From Basidiobolus meristosporus CBS 931.73 (taxonomy: Eukaryota; Fungi; Basidiobolomycota), in assembly GCA_002104905.1 (NCBI GenBank), contig MCFE01000257.1:48326-112325 (forward strand): DNA of 64,000 bases. The letters run 5' to 3'. The translations under genes and the position numbers were made by a program. Of the stretch, positions 12,922 through 28,993 are shown in pieces; within the stretch, counting starts at the first letter, position 1; each line of letters begins with the position of its first letter. Below the pieces are notes generated by a model. The model worked only from the letters and a program-made list of their open reading frames with translations. It was not told the DNA's origin and searched no databases.

Positions 12922-13860
12922 GTGCTGATCACAATCGGCCCCCATAACCAAACAGTGCAGGCTCGTTGGTCAAGAACGCAATTTTGTTCCAATCATACTG
13001 GCCACTCATCCACATGGACTGGTCATTCAGGTTGGATCGAGGGGGCAAGATGATTGGCTAAAATAAAGGTTAATTTAACAGCAATCCGATTGATCGTGAG
13101 CATTTAGGGTTAGGTTTGATGAATCAGGGGCAGTGATAGATATGGGCGTGAACGTGGACTTGGACGTGGACGCGCTTGGAGGGAGACGGCGTAGACAAGC
13201 TTCAGCCTCGAAAGTCGGAGAAATGCAGCTTAGAGGCGAGTAGTTCTGGCCAGATCTCGGGATATTCACTATATGGCTATATATGCGCGGACATTATGCA
13301 GAACCACCCATCTCAAATGGTATCCACGATGGCCCACAAAACAATTGCGTGATACCGGGTGATCGTGAATGGGCTATCTTGACTGGTGTTCTTAATTCAG
13401 AAATTCAAGCTTACTTCCCTCAATTTGATGACGGTCTAGATTCGACGGAATTCCAAATTGAAAATAAGCGATCCTTCAGCCAAGCGGTTCCATCGTGGCC
13501 ATTGGGCGAGAAGTCCCACTCCATGCGGCTCCAGACTGGACATTCATGCCCATTTTGGTCACTTTGGGTGTAACTAGTTTCGAAGATTCTCGATCGAAAA
13601 CAGTTTGGTGCTTGGATTTATTAGTGTTAGATCTTTGGTTCATGTTATATTTCAGGAACTGGGAATTCGGGATGTCTTCTTTTTTCCATGGACTTGGGAA
13701 TTTCTATGGGGTTATGCAATTCTATATATTGATTAGCTCCCAGGCAAATAAATATAGATAATTGGCTCATGTGGCACTTGTTCTTTTACTTGGAACGAGG
13801 AGCATACTGTAGATTCCCTCCTCTTGTATACTCGAGTCTAGTTCAGAATCTTTAGCCAAA

Positions 13861-15015
13861 ATGACCCAAGGCTCAATTCAAAGCTCTCTGCCTTCTCAAA
13901 CACAGCCCCCCTCAAACGTTTCCCCCTGCTCCCCCACTTTCATCCTCGAGGAGCCCGGGAAACTCGCTACTTCTGTGTCACCGCAGCCTAGAAAGTGTCA
14001 GTTTCAACTGTCCGACTTCGTCATCTTGAGAACGATAGGAACGGGCTCCTTTGGTCGCGTGCATCTTGTACAGCTCCGGTCCAACGGCCAATTCTACGCC
14101 CTGAAAGTATTGAAGAAGACAGAAATCGTGCGACTAAAACAGGTAGAGCATGTGAACAGTGAGCGCGCCATCTTAGCGATGTGCGAGTGCGATTTCCTTG
14201 TCAACACAATCGGGAGTTTTCAGAACAACACCAATCTTTATTTGATAATGGAGTATGTACCGGGAGGAGAGCTCTTTAGCTATCTCAGGAGATTCCAGGT
14301 ACCCGGTGACTTGAGGCCGTCTATTTTCTTTCTTGCACCTGAGTAATCCCGTACTTCTCTCTAGCGGTTCCCTGGATATGTAGCTAGATTTTATGCCGCA
14401 GAGGTGGTGTTGGCTTTCGAGTACCTCCACAAGAAAAGCGTCGTATATCGGGATCTCAAGCCAGAGAACATCCTTCTAAATAGCAAAGGCCACATCAAAA
14501 TCACGGATTTTGGGTTCGCCAAGTATGTCCCCGACATCACCTGGACCTTGTGTGGTACGCCGGATTATCTTGCTCCGGAGATTATTCAATCCAAGGGCTA
14601 CGGCAAGGCGGTGGACTGGTATTCACTCGGGATCCTGATATTCGAGATGCTTGCTGGCTATCCGCCTTTTTATGATGACGATCATTTCAAATTGTACGAA
14701 AAAATCCTTGCCGGGAAAATCAGATGGCCACCCCATCTTGAGCCCGAGGCCAAAGATTTGGTCAAAAAGCTGACAAACGCCGACCTTAGCAAGCGCTACG
14801 GCAACCTCAGAGACGGTGTGGATGACATCAAATCCCACCCGTGGTTTGCAGGGATTGACTGGGGCCAACTGGAGCGCCGTGAGGTTCAGCCACCCATTGT
14901 TCCGATCGTCACTAGTGACTGGGACACTAGCAACTATGACCTGTATCAGGAAACCAATGATATTGGCAATCTGTCCGAAGATGATCCATTTGGTGAACGA
15001 TTCCCTGACTTCTAA
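13861..15015 (+). CDS. pkaC: cAMP-dependent protein kinase catalytic subunit; intron 14299-14364 (~362 aa)
   Basis: GTGSFGRV, ALKVLKK, YRDLKPEN, DFGFAK, TLCGTPDYLAPE, C-terminal F.DF; in-frame phase-0 intron. Confidence 0.95.
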
Positions 15016-15788
15016 ACATATGTACATGTCGGTAATGATCATCCAATTTATATTTTTTGGTACGAGCGCGTTGGCAGTAGCATCCTTCACGCTTGGCCCC
15101 TGTACTCCATCTGTCTTGTTACGATTTCTTCTGTCAAAGTCGATATCTTCCCAGCATAATGTAATAATGTTTCCATATTCTCAGACTTGATGTCCAGGGA
15201 AAGCGGGACGACTCTGCACCCAATTTGATTTCACATTTCGCATGGAAGCAACTTTCCGACATGCACCATCAGACTCCTGTTGATTGTTTTCCATTGATAA
15301 AGGACATTTTCTACGACCTGAACCAAGTTACACCCACATGGATCCGGATTATCTTGTGAAGTCTTTGTCTGACATCCAGAGCACTTGATGTTCTACACAT
15401 CCGCAATCGATTCCAGCCACCAGAAGCTCCAAGAATGGAGCAGTGCGTCAATCCTGTTGTAAAAAGCATTAGAAGGCCATATTTGGCTTCCCTGATTGGT
15501 AGCATGTATTACTTGACCCCCCTCTCCCAGGCTTTGTGAAAAGCCTGTGGATAGTGGCCATTGTATGCGGAGATCTGGGCATTGGGACAGATAGTGGGCA
15601 GGGATAGACTCCCCATTCTGATTTTGGGTTTCTAGATTTACAGTGTTCTTGCAAAGCACCATGTAGCAGATGGGCAATGATTCATGAGATATTTCGATGT
15701 TTATTGATGCTCCCTAGTATTAACATATACAAAATAATCACCTCGATTGCAAAATCAACTCTATGTGATATGCCCTGAACTCCCCGTT

Positions 15789-18339
<2,551 letters not shown>

Positions 18340-18695
18340 GTTTTCGAGAAGCGATGGCGCAAGTGAACGAACTACTATGCCACTTGATTATTGCTGCATG
18401 AACTCCAAGATTTTCAAGAAAAAAAATAAGCAATCTATTTGACGAAATGTGTTGATTTAGTAGGCAGCTCAGATCGGAAGTCTGGCTGTCACATAAGAAT
18501 CGGTCCTCAATCGTAGATGGTAACGCTCTGATTTTCAGGTTTATTTGATCCATGAGTTCACTGAACTTCATAATTCCCGTAACGCAGTTTAATTTTCGAA
18601 TTTGAATGATGCATTTATTCACAATGTTATGAAGCTTACAATACAGGCGGGTATATATATTAAGAGAGTTCTGATGTATGTGTACAGTGTGTCTT

Positions 18696-20231
18696 CTAGT
18701 ATCTAGATAGGTTGCATTCGGTAAGCTTGTGGATCTTAGTTTTCTTGGCAAATTTATAGCCGAAGAATAACACTGCGAAGATGATCAGAGCTAAATAGCC
18801 ACCCACACATTCTCCCCAGTTGAAAGTACCATCGTGGTACGCTCCATAGCCTTGACCAAGTAGGACAACTGCGCACAACACCAAGGCAATGATCGGACCA
18901 AGTGGATAAAGACGAGCTCTGTATGGTAACTCATCTAAGGAGTGGCCTTGAGCGATGAATGCTCTACGGAAGCGATAGTGACTGACAGCAATTCCAACCC
19001 ATGCAAGGAATCCAGAAGTGCTTGACGCTCTCAACAGCCACATATAAATAACACCGTTTCCGAAGAGAGAAGTCAAGAACGCGAGACATCCAACGAAAGC
19101 GGTGAGAAGTAATGCAGGCATGGGTACACCACGAGAGTTTGTACGTCCAAATATTCTTGGGGCCATATTTGCATTCGCCATCATCCAGAGTGTGCGGGTA
19201 CAGGCATAAAGTGCCGAGTTTCCTGCCGAGAGAACAGTGATCAAAATAATGGCATTCATGATGTCAGGTGCTGGTCCAAGGCCGGCGAGCTTAAACACCA
19301 AAGTGAATGGCGATATGGTAACATCTTGAACATCTCCCGAGCTGGCAAGTCTGGGGTCGTCGTATGGAACAAGGAAGCTGATAATAATGATGGCGCCAAT
19401 ATAAAAGAGGAGAATACGCCAGAAGACTTGCTTGATTGCTTTGGGCACGTTCTTCTCGGGATTCTCACTCTCTCCTGCTGCCACTCCTACCAGCTCTGTT
19501 CCCATGAACGAGAATCCTGCTACCAAGAATACGCTCAAAACTCCCAAACCCCCTCCGACAAATGGTGCTTCACCTCTAGTGAAATTAGTGGTGCCATACT
19601 TGACTCCGCCCAGAACACCAGCTGCAACGAAGATCCCGATGATGATGAACACAACCACTGTAATCACCTTGATCAACGCAAACCAGTACTCTGCCTCACC
19701 ATAACCCTTGACAGAGATCGAGTTGATCCCCACAATGATTACCAGCAAGCACGCACTCCAAACCCAACTTGGGACATTTGGAAGCCAGTATTGCATGATC
19801 AGACCCCCAGCTGAGAGCTCAACAGCAACAGTCAAGGCCCAGGAGTACCAGTAATTCCAACTGAGAGCGAAACCAAAAGCAGGGTCGACGAAGCGAGCAC
19901 CGTAGGCGTTGAAGGAGCCGGAGATGGGCATGTAAGTAGCCATCTCACCAAGACTTGTCATCAGGAAGAAGACCATGATGCCAATGAGGCCATAGCCCAC
20001 AAGTGCACCACCAGGACCTCCAGTTGAAATAGAAGCTCCACTTGCAAGAAACAGACCAGTACCAATAGTACCGCCAATGGAAATCATCGACAAATGACGC
20101 CCCTTCAGAGTTCTCTTCAGTTTTTCTTGGTCATTGCCAACACCATGGCAGCTTTCTAGTACGTCAAGTTTCTCCTGCTCCTTATAATAGTTGTCATGAT
20201 GAATATCTTCCATTTCCATATCGTTGCCCAT
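18696..20231 (-). CDS. APC-superfamily amino-acid permease (LysP/YAT-like), paralog A, intronless, 511 aa
   Basis: LKGRHLSMISIGGTIGTGLF, GEAEYWF..IKV, GTELVGVAAGE, multiple TM segments. Confidence 0.95.
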   Translation of the reverse strand: MGNDMEMEDIHHDNYYKEQEKLDVLESCHGVGNDQEKLKRTLKGRHLSMISIGGTIGTGLFLASGASISTGGPGGALVGYGLIGIMVFFLMTSLGEMATYMPISGSFNAYGARFVDPAFGFALSWNYWYSWALTVAVELSAGGLIMQYWLPNVPSWVWSACLLVIIVGINSISVKGYGEAEYWFALIKVITVVVFIIIGIFVAAGVLGGVKYGTTNFTRGEAPFVGGGLGVLSVFLVAGFSFMGTELVGVAAGESENPEKNVPKAIKQVFWRILLFYIGAIIIISFLVPYDDPRLASSGDVQDVTISPFTLVFKLAGLGPAPDIMNAIILITVLSAGNSALYACTRTLWMMANANMAPRIFGRTNSRGVPMPALLLTAFVGCLAFLTSLFGNGVIYMWLLRASSTSGFLAWVGIAVSHYRFRRAFIAQGHSLDELPYRARLYPLGPIIALVLCAVVLLGQGYGAYHDGTFNWGECVGGYLALIIFAVLFFGYKFAKKTKIHKLTECNLSRY

Positions 20232-23200
20232 AGCTAGTAGAGATTCTTTGGGTTATATGGAAGGTAGGGTAGGGACGATGCGAAAGAACAAGATAGTTAG
20301 GCCACGGTCGCGAGCACCTTGTATTTATATATCCAATTGCCAGGAAGCTCAATTACACTTCCCCCATTCAGAGATCTTGTTATCTAGCACTAATGATCAT
20401 AGGATACCTTGGTACGAAAAATAACAACTAAGGTAATGAAAGATATTGATAAAGTGGTACGAAATAGATCCTCCTATTCGCTCTTGAATATCCTTAAATC
20501 GACCTAGTCTCACCTTCCAATAGTAGGCCTAACACAATTGCTCACTAGAAATGGCATAGAAAAAGCCCAATTAGTGGACATTTGCCAGGAATTCCCAAAT
20601 ATCTACTCGGAAGGATACGAATTCGGTGATGGCAGGTACGGTAACCATTGCATGTGAGAACAAGTGATCTGAGAAAGGAACTGACCATTACAAACACTAC
20701 AAATCGATTTAATTAAATGTCGAATGATTGGCCCACTTGCAGGTGTAAAGATCAGATAGCAGATACCTATCAAGCGCTGTGAAAGCGTGAAAACAGATGA
20801 CCTTGCAGGAAGCCCAGTTCGAAGGTAGCATAGAATAGATATTTGACCGCTCTCTATCCGCAACAACTCAAAACCAGAACATTGGGTTTCGTCTTAATCA
20901 TCCTGAAGTCTGTTCTTCCCAAGGTCCGGCATGCTGGAGACTACACTGACGTATTTGATATGCTCAGAGATCGCAACCCATACATGGAAATAATTACCTT
21001 CGATGTTCCAGTTCAATCAAAATAGCAGTACGCTAATAAAATAAACGTGCAGTCGGATACAATCCTTTGGTGCACTTGACGCTCAGCCTACAAGGCCTCA
21101 GAGTGCCAGCCGTAAGGAAAATGCAACCATGGGTCGGAGAATGCCCACTCAACGTAATTCTCACGGGGCGTTAGGCGGCCAGTGTTCTCACAATCAGAAG
21201 GGCAAACTGCCCTACATACTTTGGGTATTGCCCAAAGAGGAAGCGTCACATTAATTCTAATTCGACAAAGGATTGTTGTACACCAACGGTGCATCCGATA
21301 TTAACTCACCTTTTTAGCCTTAGTAGCACATTACCACACTGATGTTATCTTACTCAATAGTGTTGCCTTGGCCTTGACCTCACCAATCAAAACCTTTTCC
21401 TGACCAGATTTAGCAATATTATGCATATTCCAATTCCATGTGAGCATCTTACCGAATAAAAAAAGGTGTAAAGCATCAGTATACTGTATTATACGCTACG
21501 GACTTAAAATAGCCCAAGCAATAAAGATATCATTGTGAGACTTATGACTCAGTGTATTGGATGAGTTGTTACATGCACTACTGCGGCGCCTCGCCATGCC
21601 CAACGCTAGAGGTAATGGCTGCCATGAGCTCGATGCAGTCAAATTGACCATTTCCACACCTTGTTGGTTGGCGAGCTTCTTTTGTCAAGGCAGTATATCG
21701 GTTACGCAACCTGTGCCAATACTAAGCCTGAACAATCAAACACACCTCGTCTGCTTGGTTGGTATTACGTGTACGTCAACCTGGGTAATAAGCTTATTAG
21801 CTTTTTAATTACCTTTCCCTAAGCGGATATACTTCGGAGTGGCTGTCGCCCAAGAATATCAGCGGCATAGCGTAAATGGAATACTTATCCCACTACGAGG
21901 GGCATGTGAGGTTGGCTGTTGTCTCGATAGGGATTTAAGCTGAAGCTAAAATGGACGAGAAAGCCCCGATTTGGCAGCAAATTGCGTGAATCTGACATGT
22001 GGAATTGCGAAAAAAAACCGAAACCCAATTCATTGCCTACACTTAGGAAAGCATAGCGCTTGAGTAGTGGCTGTGGATGGAGCTCAGACAAATGGAGACC
22101 ATGAATGATCGAGTGAGTTCTTCATATGTTGAAATTCAGCATGAATAAGGGCGAATATTGTTTTTCTCCAGGATTGCCATTCCCAACTCAAGCAGTGGAT
22201 TGGCAATGGCTTTCTCAGCCCGGGTGGCCAAAAGCAGCGAATTACCAATTGCTTTGGTTAATATGGCGGCCTGCTACATGAAGAAGCATCTTCACTTGAG
22301 CAAGGGTGGTCAACTCTGGATGCTCATGCGACCACCAGCGTTTCATTCCTTTAGTGTACGCAAGGCGTAGCCGTACGAACTGGTTTGGCTCTACTTTGTA
22401 GCACTCGGGAAGATTAAGTTTTCTCACACATTCCCCTGGAGGGGTACAGTATCCAAGCATCACCAAATGGATACCTCGAATTTGGAATAGAACGCTCTGT
22501 GGAAAAAGGATGGGCGTGATCACCTACCAATCAAGTGGTATAGATGGTCGGGTTAATGTGGATCAATAGAGGTGGTCATTCGTTCCACCAGCATCAATCA
22601 TGATATTGATATTGATCAGGACTAATTTAATGATCAGACCCATGCTCTATGGAACATACTACTCCACCATATAATACAACAATGTCTTGGTTGATCACAC
22701 GTTCTTGTTATTCACACGACCGTGATTTTTCGGTAGTATTCAACCTTTGCACGGCAGTGTGACTCATAGATCATTTCGACCTGGACGGTCCCAACACTGT
22801 TGGTTGATCTGTATGGCCGAAGCCAATCAATAGATGTTTGCCAGGACAGGGTATCAGGTGTGCGCAAGAGCGTCCGCGCAATTTTGGTCAAAGCAGGAAA
22901 TATACTGATCCCATCACCAGCCCAAACCACGCAGCTTGAATATTCCCTGACACTCCATGTTGGCTGGGGTTGTCCGGATGGCCAGCAATCCAAGCTCTGA
23001 ATTAAGCTTTTAGCTTTTCGCCTGATCGAGTGGGTGTAACTAGTCTATTCAGATAGAGTTCTACCTCTGTGGGCTGCCTTGCACTGTGGATACCTCCAAT
23101 GCGCCGTTGCCAGTCTAAAGCGAATCCAAAGTGATGGTTGGTAAATGAATTAGGTCGAGTGGTGTGGCAGGTTCCCCACGACCTCATTCGCTTCCATAAA

Positions 23201-23437
23201 AAGAGTGCTTCCATTTCTTTTGGGATCAGAGAATGCTATTGAGTTTCAAGCGGTTTCACTTAATTTTCATTCGTGAGCGCACACAAATAGAATATCTCCA
23301 AATTCAGTTGTCAGCTGAGAAAGATGCGAATCTGACGACAAGTTGGATATAAATGAAGTGCAGGCCCGGCTCAAATTCACAAACCTCTTTTCTATCTTTG
23401 TCATTGCACCTTATCCAACACATTGAGACTATCAATC

Positions 23438-24958
23438 ATGGGCAATGACATTGAGTTACAGCAAGCAAACCCGCATTATACTGAAGAGAAGAAAATTCAG
23501 GATGTAGAGAGTTGCTACCAGGATTCTGTCAACGGTAATGTAGAATTGAAAAGAACACTCAAGGCCCGCCATTTGTCAATGATCTCCATTGGCGGCACTA
23601 TTGGTACTGGTCTGTTTCTTGCAAGTGGACTCTCAATCGCCAAAGGAGGACCAGGTGGAGCGTTGGTCGCCTATGCTTTAATTGGTACCATGGTCTTCTT
23701 CTTGATGACAAGTCTTGGTGAGATGGCTACTTACATGCCCATCTCCGGCTCCTTCAACGCCTACGGTGCTCGCTTCGTCGACCCTGCTTTTGGTTTCGCT
23801 CTCAGTTGGAATTACTGGTACTCCTGGGCCTTGACTGTTGCTGTTGAGCTCTCTGCAGCGGGCCTGATCATGGAATATTGGCTTCCAAATGTCCCAAGTT
23901 GGGTTTGGAGCGCATGCGTTCTAGTAATCATTGTGGGGATCAACTCGATCTCTGTCAAGGGTTATGGTGAGGCAGAGTACTGGTTTGCGTTGATCAAGGT
24001 GATTACAGTGGTTGTGTTCATCATCATCGGGATCTTCGTTGCAGCTGGTGTTCTGGGCGGAGTCAAGTATGGAGTCAGCAACTTTACCAGAGGGGAGGCA
24101 CCCTTTGTGAATGGAGGCTTGGGTGTGTTGAATGTATTCCTTTTAGCAGGATTCTCGTTCATGGGAACAGAGCTGGTAGGAGTGGCAGCAGGAGAGAGTG
24201 AGAATCCCGAGAAGAACGTGCCCAAAGCAATCAAGCAAGTCTTCTGGCGTATTCTCCTCTTTTATATTGGCGCCATCTTTATCATCGGCCTTCTGGTTCC
24301 TTATGATGATCCTAGACTCACTTCCGAAGATGTTCAGACATCACCTTTCACACTGGGTTTCCAGCTCGCCGGCCTTGGACCAGCACCTGACATCATGAAT
24401 GCCATTATTTTGATCACTGTTCTCTCGGCAGGAAACTCGGCACTTTATGCCTGTACCCGTACACTCTGGATGATGGGTAACTCCAACATGGCCCCAAGAA
24501 TATTTGGACGTATCAACTCCAGAGGCATCCCAATGTACTCAATGGCACTCACTGCCATTATCGGATGCTTGGCCTTCCTTACGTCGTTATTCGGCAATGG
24601 AGTTGTATATGAGTGGCTTTTGAAGGCCTCCGGAACTTCTGGATTCCTTGCATGGGTTGGAATTGCTGTCAGTCACTATCGCTTCCGTAGAGCATTCATT
24701 GCTCAAGGCCACTCTTTGGATGAGCTCCCTTATCGAGCCAGCCTATATCCCCTTGGCCCGCTCATCGCTCTGGTATTATGTACCGTTGTTCTATTTGGCC
24801 AGGGCGTCAATGCTTACTCTGATGGCAAATTCAACTACCTTGCTGCATTTGGAGAATACTTGGCAATCATCTTATTCGCCATCCTATTTGTTGGATTCAA
24901 ACTCATTAGGAAGACGAAGATTATTCCGCTTAATCAATGTGACCTCAGCCGTACCTGA
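23438..24958 (+). CDS. APC-superfamily amino-acid permease, paralog B, intronless
   Basis: Same motifs as paralog A; first ATG at 23438 (MGNDIE), matching the MGNDME start of paralog A. Confidence 0.95.
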   Translation: MGNDIELQQANPHYTEEKKIQDVESCYQDSVNGNVELKRTLKARHLSMISIGGTIGTGLFLASGLSIAKGGPGGALVAYALIGTMVFFLMTSLGEMATYMPISGSFNAYGARFVDPAFGFALSWNYWYSWALTVAVELSAAGLIMEYWLPNVPSWVWSACVLVIIVGINSISVKGYGEAEYWFALIKVITVVVFIIIGIFVAAGVLGGVKYGVSNFTRGEAPFVNGGLGVLNVFLLAGFSFMGTELVGVAAGESENPEKNVPKAIKQVFWRILLFYIGAIFIIGLLVPYDDPRLTSEDVQTSPFTLGFQLAGLGPAPDIMNAIILITVLSAGNSALYACTRTLWMMGNSNMAPRIFGRINSRGIPMYSMALTAIIGCLAFLTSLFGNGVVYEWLLKASGTSGFLAWVGIAVSHYRFRRAFIAQGHSLDELPYRASLYPLGPLIALVLCTVVLFGQGVNAYSDGKFNYLAAFGEYLAIILFAILFVGFKLIRKTKIIPLNQCDLSRT

Positions 24959-26842
24959 TCACCTCATTCGTATCCATGGCTCAGTAAAGTCTTCCACTGC
25001 TTTCAATCGCCATCTCTTGATATGTTTGTTCTTGTCAACAGTGTAAATAATCCCAATTTTGGCGGCATTTTAATTGATGTGCATTTTCACATGTGAGGTT
25101 TAAATAAATTGTTTAAAAGTATGAATATGATTACTGACGCGATACCATCTAGAATTCCATGGATTGGAAATATACTGCATCATTTTGAGAGATTGAAGGA
25201 CTGATGATCTTAGGATTAAGAATCCATGCGATTTTGATGAACCTAATGTCTTGGCAGAGGCTAATTATTTTGCATATGCACTCTTGACTCCCAAGTAAGG
25301 TGATAGATACTATCTGTGAAAACGAATGACCACGTAAGGTCATGTGATTCTTGAATCTGGCCTGATTCACCCTGTAGCGAGGTCACCATTTTATGTTATT
25401 CACCTGGAGTGTCAGTATGAGGTAAAAAGAATGATGCTAAACATAGATTATATATAACTACCAGTGAAACATCAGCAAGTATCCTGGATTACTGCTGCTT
25501 CTAGCAATCAATAGGGGGTTGGTAGCATAGAAACAGAATCAAGGTGTGCTCGCTGGACCTAGCGTAGTCCAGGTGAGATACGCTTCGGAGGAGATGGACC
25601 TTTAAGCTGTGTCGGGGACAAGATTTCCCGTTGCATCTAAAAGTTTGGGATGGAGGCAGTGATGATTGTATCCTACTATTGAAATATGGTGATACTCGAC
25701 TCTAATCTATGTCAATTGGTTTGCCGTGCTTTAATATCACAACTTTGAGCCCAGCGTCGCGGTTTCAATTGATTCCAAAGGATTTGAAAACCAGCATTCC
25801 CCTCGCATCATATCTGGTGACTAAGCAAACAATATGGCTCCTTGTGATGCAATGTTGTACTGGTTTCCTGGGGCAGCTTGAAGCAGCTAGAGATCGCCCA
25901 TTATGATTGGATCAACCCGGCTCAGCTTTAATCATACCCAACCCACTGGTTGCTACGTGACAAGAATCTCGACTGTCAACGTGCTTTACATCGACCAAAT
26001 ATTAAAGCGTAGTGATGATCTAGAATCCTCAGTGATTAGCCGGCAGATCCAATGGGGATGGGCTCCTCCTGTCATATGATACGGGACTATTTTGATTCCG
26101 CCGAACATCAGGCGTTACTCGACTAGACAGACGTCTTGCTACAATCGAATACGGAGGGAATTTTCAGTGAACGCAGAGATGGAGACTACTGCAGATCTGC
26201 AAGCTAGGCTTGGCTAATAATCGGATGGGCTGGGCATCTCTACCGCGAATGGAAACATCGGAAGATTATGGATCCCTTACATCTGGACCTTGCAGCAAAG
26301 CAGGGCTGCTGGATACGGCGCAGTTGAAATCACATTCTCATGGTAAATCCGCCTGCATTCCAAAAGCACCCATAGGTGAGACGCTCAGTATATGCTTAAA
26401 TAAACCACCGCACTCCCAGGAACTGTCAACACAGAGGTCACGCATCGCTAAATCCTCGTAATGTTTGAGGGCTTCGTTAGTATTATGTAGCTTTGAGAAG
26501 CCTATTGCCAAGGCCAATGGGGAGGGTCCTCAGATCGCGTGAAGTATTGGTTCTTGGCGAATCAGACGTAACATTCGGTCAGTAATTTGCAACCAAAGCT
26601 CTATTCTATTTAAAGAATATCGGCAACAGTCGATTTGGTTGGCAGTCTGAAACCCAGTTATCCCATTTTATCCAAATATCAAGAAATGCGAAAATCCACA
26701 TTTTTCTAATTGATTAAATGAAATGGCCTAAATTGGGTAGCGGCATCTGAGTTAACTTGCCTGCCATTTAAATACTCCTCTGTCATAGATAGATTTCCTT
26801 TGTACCCCCCTCCGTCTACTCTTCCCCTATACTCGTCTACGG

Positions 26843-28571
26843 ATGAACTTTCATAAGCAACTATTCAAGAAAAAACTTCCTGCCCCACCAGAACGGAGGG
26901 GAAATGAAGTGGGCGATGTGGCGGCCAAGGAGGATGAAGATTATTACAACTCTCTATTTACAGAGGAAGCTTCTCCCACCCCCTCCCATAAACTCACCTC
27001 CAGTGAAAATGTTTATTTCTCAGTCAAGACTGAACTACCACCAAGCCCTACAGCGCCGGCGAGCCCTACCGATACAAAAGAGGGCCACGCTGCTCGCGAG
27101 AGTGTTGAGTCGTTACCCATAGCAACCTCGACCTCGGCCTCTGAACAACGCACAAAGCCAGCAACCTTGCAAATAAGCGATGAGTTGGAAACCTGCTCGA
27201 TCACCTCTGAGGGGTCCCTATCGTCCTACGACTCCCCAAAGATTTCCATGGACTCTAGACTATCCGACCAGCTTCCTAGCCCTCGCCGTAGTAGCCATCA
27301 CGAATTTAGTTGGTCGCCTCTGGGCTCTCTAAAGAATAAACTTTCGAGAGCGCTTCATCATGTGACGCCAACCAACAGTGTCAAAGTCAATATAGAGGAT
27401 ATCGGTGCCACTTCCGACCAACGAGTCCATACATACTGTACGTTGTACCTCTTGAGCCACTTTCGAATCATTCCACTGACAAGTTTTTTACAGTAAACAT
27501 GCATAAGGTATTACAAGAAAGAGAGACCGGTCTCGCCTCGTGGCTATGTCATGTAAAATCACAGAGTCGTATGCCTCCGGAAGGTAAAAAATCCAGAAGG
27601 AACTTCTTGTGGAACTATTTAAATACTAACGATCCTGGTGTCTAGCTTCTCGGTACTTCAAGCCTCATACTACTGCAATCCTACGACCTTCTGCCCCGAA
27701 AGTGGTCGACACAATCTCCGTCACCTCTAAACAACCCGATGAACCTATGGGCCACCCCGGGTTGGATAGTATGCACTCTTTCAGTAAGAGCCTTGAGCAG
27801 AGCAACAACCTTGAAACTGTGGTAACTGAGGCATTCAAGCAAAACATCGAGGAAGCTGCTAGGGCGTATATCACCCCACCACTGGACGAAAATGAAAGTG
27901 AGCCGACTTATATACACGATACGAAACAATATCAGGAACGCATTCAGGTTGGCCCTGGCTCGGAGAATCCTGAAGCCAGTCATCACTACAGCAATTCAAA
28001 TGAAGCGAACAGCAGACCACTGGCTCCAACTTCACAACTTACCCCCAATGGCTACGACAGCCGACAATCGCGTCCATTACCCATCCCTAAATCACAACGA
28101 TCCAATAATTCATACCCGCCTGCGGCTGTCCACCATACTCCGCCCACCCCAAGTGACCTGTCGAGTAGTATGGGCATGACGGTCAATATCCCAACGGAGT
28201 CTGGCCAAGCGGCCACTCTCAATGCTACACATCCTTCCCCACATCATCAATATTATCCAAACCGTCCGATGGTGTCGATGGTCGCACCCTATCCACCCCT
28301 CAATTATTCAGTCTATGGACCCTCTGCACCCAATTCGCCAACCTCAAGCGTGTACCCACCAGAGGGCAGCAACGTCTATCCTTCTTATCCAGCCAGCCAT
28401 TACCAATCTAGATACATGATGTCCCGTCCTCTGAGCCATGAGAATTGGATACATGCTGGATCGCCTGCTATAAACCCTGCGTATCCAACTACCCAGCAGT
28501 ATTCTAACCCTATGTTTCGCCCTCAGACACAATTAAGTGCTTTGGATGCCGAAGCCTACACAGCACTATGA
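26843..28571 (+). CDS. Ser/Pro-rich hypothetical protein, about 3 exons
   Basis: ORFs 26843-27496 and 27702-28571 bridged by a short exon (~27494-27583, MHKVLQERETGLASWL) with AG/GT boundaries; largely disordered composition. Confidence 0.6.
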
Positions 28572-28993
28572 AACGGTTCAACCACTGTATATATAGTCTG
28601 ATTTCCCGCTCAGCACGAACTTACCCCAGGAAATCATGTTATCGAGGTAGATAGGCCACATTAAATTAATCACCATTTCAAATTAGTGTATTTTTATGAA
28701 TTAAACCAGTCAAAACGAGAATATCGAAGCCCCCTTGGCAATCATGAATCACGCTCCACCATCTCACATATCTAGCTACTGACAAGTGGGCAGCCCATCC
28801 TCAAACGAAATCATCTACACGGGGAAGCATCGCCCAAAAATGGGTAGGATCATGGAACCAGATTCCACCAGGAAATTGGCAAAGAAAAAAAGAAAAAAAA
28901 AGGGGGATTTCTTCGTTTTAACGACTAGGCGGCGTCCAGTGGCAAGAACGCAATTTTCCCGCCGTTTCGTGAAGCATCTCGATTGTCCTTAGT

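Noticed and set aside
20600-23400. Short ORFs between the permeases, including a coding-looking stretch at ~22130-22280
   Set aside because: No start or splice support and no recognisable motifs; treated as intergenic.
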